Source: Verrucomicrobiota bacterium (GTDB lineage Bacteria > Verrucomicrobiota > Lentisphaeria > Lentisphaerales > Lentisphaeraceae). Taken from it: a DNA stretch of 15,925 nucleotides. Below are positions 1-8,303 of this stretch, piece after piece (the first letter of the stretch is position 1; each line of letters starts with the position of its first letter). The stretch is taken from the NCBI GenBank assembly GCA_039798785.1, contig JBDKFG010000089.1:1-15925 (forward strand). Direction: 5' to 3'. A program made the position numbers and the translations under genes. The notes beneath the pieces were generated by a model, which had not been told where the DNA came from, did no database searches, and worked only from the letters and a program-made list of their open reading frames with translations.

Positions 1-33
1 GTCAGCTCGCCGAGTGTCAGTCGCCCATTCATC

Positions 34-63
34 CTTCTGCGTTCTTCTGCGTCTTCTGCGGTT
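34..63. repeat. Short tandem repeat, 3 x CTTCTGCG (9-10 bp period); probably the right arm of an inverted-repeat element whose left arm lies outside the window
   Basis: cttctgcgtt-cttctgcgt-cttctgcgg-tt at 34-63; begins within ATCCTT (31-36) and ends in CTGCGGTT (56-63). Confidence 0.75.
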
Positions 64-95
64 CAATTGAGCTTGAATCGGAGTAACACAGGTCG

Positions 96-128
96 AAATA
101 AAAAGCGGCGGGCTCATTGCGCCGCCGC
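96..128 (-). terminator. Rho-independent terminator of the ThuA-domain gene
   Basis: On the minus strand, a GCGGCGG...CCGCCGC stem (128-122 with 111-105) followed by TTTTTATTT, 17 bp after the stop codon at 146. Confidence 0.8.
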
Positions 129-145
129 ATATGGAGCACCGGCGA

Positions 146-2590
<2,445 letters not shown>

Positions 2591-2629
2591 AGCAGCCGGG
2601 CCTGGGACACAAGGGCCCCGGACGACGCC

Positions 2630-2657
2630 TTGCAAAGCGCGCTCATGCCGCTAGCGT
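2630..2657 (+). promoter_or_regulatory. Putative sigma-70-type promoter of the antiporter gene
   Basis: TTGCAA (2630-2635) - 16 bp - TAGCGT (2652-2657), 36 bp before ATG 2694; similar motifs precede other genes in the window. Confidence 0.4.
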
Positions 2658-2693
2658 TCGCGTCACAAATTCCCCCCAGCCGAGAGGGCTCCG

Positions 2694-4553
2694 ATGCACT
2701 TCCTTCTTGCCGCCGCCGACCTGCAGACCGCCCCGGCTCTGATGGTCTTTGTCAGCCTGGTCATCCTTTCCGCCTTCATCTGCGGCCGCATCACCGGCCG
2801 TCTCGGCCTCGGCGAAGCCAGCGGCCAGATCCTCGGCGGCCTGCTCACCGGGCCTCTGCTGCAGAAGCTGCTGGGACTGATCCAGAACGGCCCCGCCGGC
2901 GAGATCCTGATGCGGCTGGTCAGCGACGAAGCCCTGAAAAGCGGCGCCAACGCCATGATCTTCTTCCTGCCCTTGCACATCGCCGTCAGCTGCTTCTCCC
3001 TCACCGAGGAGACCCATCGCGGCCGCCTCGCCGACCACTGGCGGGTCGCTGTCGTCCTCTGCCTCTTCCAGACCGCCGCCGCCGGCATCCTCACCGGATC
3101 CCTCATCTGGCTGATTTTCGATGACGCCGCCCTGGCGACCATCGCGGCCCTGCTTGCCATCGCCACCTCCCCCTGCGCCCCGCTGATGAGCCTGGTCCGG
3201 CACGAAGTCGAAGGCCGGGTCCGCAGCGTCTGGGGCCAATGCTGCCTCTTCGAATCAGTGGTCGAGACCGCAGCCTTCCTCGGACTCGCCTTCTACACCG
3301 GCAAGGCGCTTCAGTCCGGCGAAGCCTTCAACTTCTCCAACACCGGCACCATCCTCTTCGTCGTCGCCGCCATCTCCGCCCTCGGCTTCTGGATCCTGCG
3401 CTTCGCCGTCCGCTCCCGCGTCGTCGGCGAAGACTACGTCGAACGCAGCGGCAACAAGCGCCTCGCCCTGCTCCTCCAGGAAGACCGCATCCCCTCGGTC
3501 AACATCCTCATCTCAGTGTGGACCGCCGTCGGCCTGATGGTCGGCCTGTCGATGATCTTCAAGATCTCCTTCCTCCTCCCCGTCCTGATCTGCGGCATCT
3601 TCGTCTCCAACCTCCTCAGCCATTACGTCTTCGACTCCCTCAAGCTGCCCGACCTTTCGGCCTTCATGCACGTCGCCTTCTTCGGCCTCGCCGGCAGCCT
3701 GATCCCGGTGTCGGAAATCACCTGGCACAGCCTGGCCATCGGCCTCGTCTACATCGGCGCCCGAGCCATCGGCAAGATTGCCGGCTCGCACACCGCCTGC
3801 TCGGTCATCGACACCGACCGCCAGCATCGCCTGCGCACCGCCCTCCCCTATCTCTCGCTTCCCAACCTGACGCCGACGGTGATCGGCTTCGCCGCCCTCG
3901 GCAGCCAGCTCTCCGGCCCCTATGCCGAGGCTTTCAAGCTCCTCCTCCCCGGCATTGTCATCGGCGAGATCATCACCAGCGCCGCCGCCGACATCGCCGC
4001 TCGCCGCTGGAAAACCCGGGTCGAACGCGAGCGCGCCGAGGTCCAGCGCAAGGATCCGGAACAGCAGGGCGAGGAGGAGAAGGCCCGTGAGATCCTCCGC
4101 TTCCCCCTCGAATCGCTGCTCCAGTCGCGCGTCATCGTCGACATCAACGTCAAGACCCGCGAAGACGCCATCCGCATGCTCTGCGCCGAACTCGGCAAGT
4201 CCGGCGCCGTCGCCGAACCCGACGCCATCGCCCAACAGGTGATCGAACGGGAAAGCATCTTCTCGACCGCCCTCGGCGACGAGATGGCCCTGCCCCACTG
4301 CCGCGCCGCCGACGTCGACTACCCCATAGCCATCGCCGCCCTCCTCCCCTTCGGCGAAAGCCTCGACTGGGATTCCCCCGACGGCCTCGGCATCCGCACC
4401 ATCTTCCTCCTCGTCACTCCGGCGAAAGACCCCGACGCCCATATCGAAGCGATGAAATGCGTCTCCCTCCACCTCGCCCGCCCCGGGTTCCTTGAGGATC
4501 TGCGCCGCGCCGCCATCGAGGACCGCCTCGAGGAATACCTGCATTCCCTGTGA
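2694..4553 (+). CDS. Cation:proton antiporter-family membrane protein fused to a C-terminal PTS EIIA (fructose/mannitol/Ntr-type) domain, 619 aa
   Basis: About 12 hydrophobic segments with CPA-like motifs (GQILGGLLTGP, AIATSP, FFGLAG, YIGARAIGKIAG), a charged linker, then the EIIA signature IERESIFSTALGDEMALPHCR ... LDWDSPDG ... IFLLVTP. Confidence 0.85.
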   Translation: MHFLLAAADLQTAPALMVFVSLVILSAFICGRITGRLGLGEASGQILGGLLTGPLLQKLLGLIQNGPAGEILMRLVSDEALKSGANAMIFFLPLHIAVSCFSLTEETHRGRLADHWRVAVVLCLFQTAAAGILTGSLIWLIFDDAALATIAALLAIATSPCAPLMSLVRHEVEGRVRSVWGQCCLFESVVETAAFLGLAFYTGKALQSGEAFNFSNTGTILFVVAAISALGFWILRFAVRSRVVGEDYVERSGNKRLALLLQEDRIPSVNILISVWTAVGLMVGLSMIFKISFLLPVLICGIFVSNLLSHYVFDSLKLPDLSAFMHVAFFGLAGSLIPVSEITWHSLAIGLVYIGARAIGKIAGSHTACSVIDTDRQHRLRTALPYLSLPNLTPTVIGFAALGSQLSGPYAEAFKLLLPGIVIGEIITSAAADIAARRWKTRVERERAEVQRKDPEQQGEEEKAREILRFPLESLLQSRVIVDINVKTREDAIRMLCAELGKSGAVAEPDAIAQQVIERESIFSTALGDEMALPHCRAADVDYPIAIAALLPFGESLDWDSPDGLGIRTIFLLVTPAKDPDAHIEAMKCVSLHLARPGFLEDLRRAAIEDRLEEYLHSL

Positions 4554-4582
4554 CGATGTGTGACGATGTCGGATTCCCCGAC
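4550..4582. repeat. 10-bp direct repeat over the stop codon plus a small hairpin
   Basis: GTGACGATGT x2 (4550-4569), overlapping the hairpin TGTCGG-ATTC-CCGACA region (4567-4583). Confidence 0.55.
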
Positions 4583-4687
4583 ACTCAGTCCCAGCCCCCC
4601 CCCTCTTGAATCAGCTCTCGCCAATCCCCGTGGGGGGCCGTTTATGAGCTTCCAAGTAAAAAACTGTGATTTTTCAGGGATTTCCGC

Positions 4688-4716
4688 GTGACAGTGGCAT
4701 GTTGACTGCGTAAATT
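4688..4716 (+). promoter_or_regulatory. Putative promoter of the sigma factor gene: sigma-70-like with an embedded sigma-54-like -24/-12 element
   Basis: GTGACA (4688-4693) - 17 bp - TAAATT (4711-4716); TGGCAT-N5-CTGC (4695-4709) has the canonical GG/GC spacing. Confidence 0.4.
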
Positions 4717-4780
4717 GACGAGCCTGCCTAGACAGCGGAAGAGAATCCTTGGGAGGGAGGACCTGACGCCAGGGCGGGTT

Positions 4781-4794
4781 TTGATTCACGTCAA
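4781..4794. promoter_or_regulatory. FNR/CRP-family box-like palindrome
   Basis: TTGAT-TCAC-GTCAA, a 9/10 match to TTGAT-N4-ATCAA, just upstream of the sigma factor start. Confidence 0.35.
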
Positions 4795-4802
4795 AGACCA
4801 AC

Positions 4803-5657
4803 ATGGAGTGTCGCCAAATGGGTTCCAACACCGCTGCCTACGCTGACGAAAGCGTCAAGAGTTACATGAAGAGCATTGCGGAGATCCCCCGCGTCAGCAC
4901 CGACGACGAAGTCGAGCTGGCCGATCTCATCGCCGCAGGCTCTGAAGAAGCCCGCAACCGCCTGATCACCAGCAATCTTCGCCTGGTCGTCAAGCTTGCC
5001 AATGATTTCCGCAACCTCGGAATGCCGGTCTCCGACCTGATCAGCGAAGGCAACATCGGCTTGATGCGCGCAGTGGAGAAATTCCGCCCCGAAAGAGGCG
5101 CCAAGTTCTCTTCCTACGGCGCCTGGTGGATCAAGCAGTCGATGCGTCGTGCCATCGCCGACCAGAGCCGCGTCATCCGCATCCCGGTGCAATCTTCCGT
5201 GAAGATCCGCAAGATGCAGAAGGCTGCCCTCGCCCTCGCCGCCGAGCTCGGCCGAGTCCCCGAAGAGCACGAAATCGCCGCCGCCGCCGAGATTTCGACA
5301 CGCTCGATGCAGAATCTCAACAACAGCGCCATCTCCCCCGTCGTCTCCCTCTCCGCCGCGCTTCAGCCCGGCGAAGAAGGAATGATCGGCGACCTGATCC
5401 CCGATCCAGATGGCCTGTCACCCTCGGACTCGCTCAACAACAGCGAAGTCAGCCTTCTCATCCGCAAGGTCCTTGAGAATCATCTCAAGGAGCGCGAGAA
5501 GATCATCATCAAATACCGCTACGGCCTCGGCGGCTATCCGATGAAGACTCTTGATGAAGTCGCCACCCTGGTCGGCCGCACCCGCGAACGGGTCCGCCAG
5601 ATCCAGCACATCGCCATGCGCAAGATCGCCATCCATCTGAAAGAAATCCGCAAGTAA
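4803..5657 (+). CDS. RNA polymerase sigma-70 factor, RpoD/SigA-like without region 1.1 (group 2-like), 284 aa; alternative start 4818
   Basis: Region 1.2 (SVKSYMKSIAEIP), region 2 (SNLRLVVKLA, DLISEGNIGLMRAVEKF, KFSSYGAWWIKQSMRRAIADQSRVIRIP), region 3 (ELGRVPEEHEIA) and region 4 (TLDEVATLVGRTRERVRQIQ). Confidence 0.93.
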   Translation: MECRQMGSNTAAYADESVKSYMKSIAEIPRVSTDDEVELADLIAAGSEEARNRLITSNLRLVVKLANDFRNLGMPVSDLISEGNIGLMRAVEKFRPERGAKFSSYGAWWIKQSMRRAIADQSRVIRIPVQSSVKIRKMQKAALALAAELGRVPEEHEIAAAAEISTRSMQNLNNSAISPVVSLSAALQPGEEGMIGDLIPDPDGLSPSDSLNNSEVSLLIRKVLENHLKEREKIIIKYRYGLGGYPMKTLDEVATLVGRTRERVRQIQHIAMRKIAIHLKEIRK

Positions 5658-5673
5658 AGCGGATTCCGGCAGC

Positions 5674-5707
5674 GACAAGGCGGAGACCCTCCGGTCTCCG
5701 CCTTGTC
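5674..5707. terminator. Perfect 15-bp hairpin between convergent genes (bidirectional terminator or REP-like)
   Basis: GACAAGGCGGAGACC-CTCC-GGTCTCCGCCTTGTC; no U-tract on either side. Confidence 0.6.
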
Positions 5708-5722
5708 CATGGCCGGCAACCC

Positions 5723-6448
5723 TCACTTCCTCGGCAAAGCCAGCTGGCAGCTCGGGCTCTTGGCATCGTAGAGCTTGAGGGTCTTGAAGATCTCCTGCGC
5801 GATGAGACGATGGCCAAGCTGGTTGGGGTGGATGGCGTCGTTGAGATAAGCCAGATGGCCTTTGCCCTCGGGCGCCTCCCCCTTCCATCGCGCCTCGTTG
5901 TCGACCAGGACGCATCCCTCGGCCGCGGCGACTCCCCGCAGCTTTTCATTGTAGGCGTAGACTGCCTTGCGGGCACCGGCACGAGCCGGATCGATGGGGT
6001 TCGAAGTCTGCAGGACCACGGCGGCTCCGTCCCCATGGAAGCGCTTCACCAGGGCGCTCAGATCCCGGGCGAACGCATCGGCCTTCGCCTCTCCGGCGCC
6101 GCAGTCGTTCATGCCGATCATCAACACCACCACCGCAGGCTGGAAACGCTTCACCCGCCAGTCGTAGGCGGCGTTGATGTCGGCGATCTTGTTGCCTGAG
6201 ATGGCGGAGTTGATCACCATGTCCTGCGTCCGCCGCAACTCCCAGCGGAGCCGCTCCGAGAAGATCTCGGGAAAGCCTCGCCAGCCGTTGGTGTGCTGTG
6301 CGGAATGAGTGATCGAGTCGCCGGTGAAGACCCAGGTGGCTGGGGCCCCCTTGAGGATCTTCTGGATCTTGTCCGCGTCGGCAGGCTCGGCGGCGCCAAG
6401 ACTGAGGCCGCAAAGCATCAGGAAAATCAGGAAAATCCGCGGTTTCAT
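5723..6448 (-). CDS. SGNH/GDSL-family esterase/lipase with signal peptide, 241 aa
   Basis: All four blocks present: FTGDSIT, SAISGN, MIGMND, NDAIHP. N-terminal MKPRIFLIFLMLCGLSLGA signal; GGAG RBS upstream. Confidence 0.92.
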   Translation of the reverse strand: MKPRIFLIFLMLCGLSLGAAEPADADKIQKILKGAPATWVFTGDSITHSAQHTNGWRGFPEIFSERLRWELRRTQDMVINSAISGNKIADINAAYDWRVKRFQPAVVVLMIGMNDCGAGEAKADAFARDLSALVKRFHGDGAAVVLQTSNPIDPARAGARKAVYAYNEKLRGVAAAEGCVLVDNEARWKGEAPEGKGHLAYLNDAIHPNQLGHRLIAQEIFKTLKLYDAKSPSCQLALPRK

Positions 6449-6460
6449 CCGATGCGCTCC

Positions 6461-7705
6461 TTATTTCGACGGAAGTGGTGCGAGAAGCTGCTGCGGATCC
6501 CGAACCCAGCGATCGGTGTCGCTCAGCTTGAAACGGGCCTGAAGGATGTACGGCGCGGCGCCGCGGCCATCGGGATGCTTGGGATGCTTCGAGCCCGGCA
6601 CCAGATCCCAATGCCCATAGCTGATCGCCAACACTTCGCCGTCAGGCAGCACTTCGACCCCGGAATAGCCGCAGTCGCCGATGCTGCCGTTAGTGGAGTT
6701 GCCGTAGTTGCGATGCAGCCGGATGCGATACTGTCCTTCGCCGCCCTTCACCAGGTCCTCCCAGCGCCCGACCCAGGCCACCCAGTCGCCATGACTGGGA
6801 TTGGCAGGATTGAGCAGGCTGAAGTCGCGGAAGAAGACCACGAGCCGACCGTCCGGGGTGTACTTGGCGGTGTGACGCTCGCCGCTGAGAGCCCCGGGCA
6901 ACTCCTTCGGATCGCTCCAGCTCGCGCCGGCATCGCTGGAAAAGCTGATCATCGCGTTAGTCTTCTTGTTCTGAGGTCTGAAGAGCAGGGCAAGTGTCTT
7001 GCCGTCGGGCGAAATGACCGCCCCGGCCTCGCACAGAGCGGCGGCACGCGAACGCTTCAGACCGGCCTCGCTGGCAAAATCAATCCGCTTCAATGCTGAG
7101 AAGCGACAGTCGAAAGCTCCATGCGCAGCAGGATCGGAAACCAGCTCCAGATCGATGGTGTAATTGTCGAAGTTGAAGTCGTGATAGACGCCGCGCCAAT
7201 GAGCTCCGTCCCCAGGCAGGGGCCAGAGCGACGCCAAGGCCACGATGGCTCCCCGGCTCTCCAACTTCATGGTCTTGCGGGGCGACCAGCTGTCGCCGCG
7301 GTCATCGCTCCACATCCACTCCAAAACCCCCTTCGCGCAATGGCAGGTGACCAGCAGAACCCGCTCGCGACCGCCAGGAAGGCTCAGCTTGTAGAGAGTC
7401 GGCACCTCCGGCACCTTGGCCCCTCGTGTGTCGATCTGGACCCAGCTCTTGCCCGCATCGACACTGCGGCTGAGAATCAGCCTGCCATGCCCGTGTGCGT
7501 CGGGATAGGCCGCCAACAGGGTCTTGCCGTCAGCAAACAACACCGATGTCGGCTGGCCGAGATATTGACCGGGACGTTTGTCGACGACGCTGAGCTGCGC
7601 AGGCTGACGCGCCAGATCCAACATCGGAATGCCGTAATCTCGCCGCGGCACTTCAGCCTCAGGCGCCGCAAAAAGAAGGGAACAGATCAGAGAGAGATTC
7701 AGCAT
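6461..7705 (-). CDS. BNR/Asp-box beta-propeller protein (sialidase-like family), exported, 414 aa
   Basis: Asp boxes SRSVDAGKSW, WSDDRGDSWS and FSSDAGASWS, plus LCEA, GERH and GDCGYSGVEVLPDG. Start at ATG 7705 is preceded by AAAGGAG; 12-bp gap to the SGNH gene (likely operon). Confidence 0.85.
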   Translation of the reverse strand: MLNLSLICSLLFAAPEAEVPRRDYGIPMLDLARQPAQLSVVDKRPGQYLGQPTSVLFADGKTLLAAYPDAHGHGRLILSRSVDAGKSWVQIDTRGAKVPEVPTLYKLSLPGGRERVLLVTCHCAKGVLEWMWSDDRGDSWSPRKTMKLESRGAIVALASLWPLPGDGAHWRGVYHDFNFDNYTIDLELVSDPAAHGAFDCRFSALKRIDFASEAGLKRSRAAALCEAGAVISPDGKTLALLFRPQNKKTNAMISFSSDAGASWSDPKELPGALSGERHTAKYTPDGRLVVFFRDFSLLNPANPSHGDWVAWVGRWEDLVKGGEGQYRIRLHRNYGNSTNGSIGDCGYSGVEVLPDGEVLAISYGHWDLVPGSKHPKHPDGRGAAPYILQARFKLSDTDRWVRDPQQLLAPLPSK

Positions 7706-7754
7706 GGTGCGGCTCCTTTGATTTTTATGATTTAATGCGACATGTTTAAAATCA

Positions 7755-7782
7755 ATAATATTCACACTTGAAAAAAGGGCAA
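7755..7782 (-). promoter_or_regulatory. Putative sigma-70 promoter of the BNR/SGNH operon
   Basis: Minus strand TTGCCC (7782-7777) - 16 bp - TATTAT (7760-7755), within a strongly AT-rich patch. Confidence 0.55.
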
Positions 7783-7932
7783 GCCTCAAGCGACGAAGAG
7801 AAGGTCTCTTTTTCTCCGGGCCCCGCAAGTTTGCTCCGCCCCCTCATCTTCTGGCGCATATTCAACGAGACCCAGCTGATAAAATCCGACCAGGGAGTCA
7901 GGGAACGGGGAAGTAAGGAGTTCTTTGACACG

Positions 7933-8165
7933 TCAACCTAAATTCCGCAGCCGCGGAATGGAACCGGGTTGAAAGATTGAAAGGTTGGAAGGTTGAAAGG
8001 CAAACACATGAACAACAGAGACAAATGACGATTCTAGTTCGACCTGCATGACTGCCAGCCGGAGAAGTTGCCGAGCGCCCTCGAACAGCATAACCTCTTG
8101 CTAATGTGGCTGATCCTTTCAACCTTTGAACCTTCCAACCTTTCAACTGCGGTTTTTAGGGTCAA
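7933..8165. repeat. Inverted-repeat element with arms of 4 x 8-bp tandem units (GTTGAAAG) around a 114-bp core; MITE/REP-like
   Basis: Left arm gttgaaag-attgaaag-gttggaag-gttgaaag-g (7968-8000); right arm c-ctttcaac-ctttgaac-cttccaac-ctttcaac (8115-8147); outer imperfect inverted repeat CCTAAATTCCGCAG (7937-7950) / CTGCGGTTTTTAGG (8147-8160). Confidence 0.85.
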
Positions 8166-8239
8166 GCCTCCAGATTGAGAAGGAGCAAAGCGACCGGAGA
8201 TGGGCGAGCCTCGGCGCGAGCCAATCCTTGCCACCGCCC

Positions 8240-8268
8240 TTGCTTCGCCTTCTCTCCAGTCGTATGCT
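8240..8268 (+). promoter_or_regulatory. Putative sigma-70 promoter of lipoprotein 1; a homologous copy lies at 10693-10721
   Basis: TTGCTT (8240-8245) - 17 bp - TATGCT (8263-8268). The spacer core GCCTTCTCTCC and the TATGCT are conserved upstream of the paralog. Confidence 0.6.
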
Positions 8269-8303
8269 TTCCCCGACCACTTCTTCAACTCCGAGGAAAG
8301 CCC

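Noticed and set aside
4595..4603. C9 homopolymer as a phase-variation tract
   Set aside because: It is intergenic and ~85 bp upstream of the predicted promoter, with no evidence of length variation from one sequence.
4803..5657. Naming the sigma factor rpoD or rpoS
   Set aside because: It lacks region 1.1 and orthology cannot be assigned without a phylogeny.
7898..8146. 82-aa minus-strand ORF spanning the repeat element as a cargo gene
   Set aside because: Both ends are translations of the repeat arms (KGWKVQRLK / TFQPFNLST), the start is non-ATG, and there is no RBS or recognisable motif.
7968..8147. CRISPR array (units resemble the ATTGAAAG/GTTGAAA 3' end of CRISPR repeats)
   Set aside because: Units are 8 bp and contiguous, with no spacers; the arms are inverted; no cas genes are in the window.
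8175..8303. Upstream extension of lipoprotein 1 (834-aa version)
   Set aside because: The RBS, lipobox and paralog alignment all place the start at 8304; the extension covers the predicted promoter.
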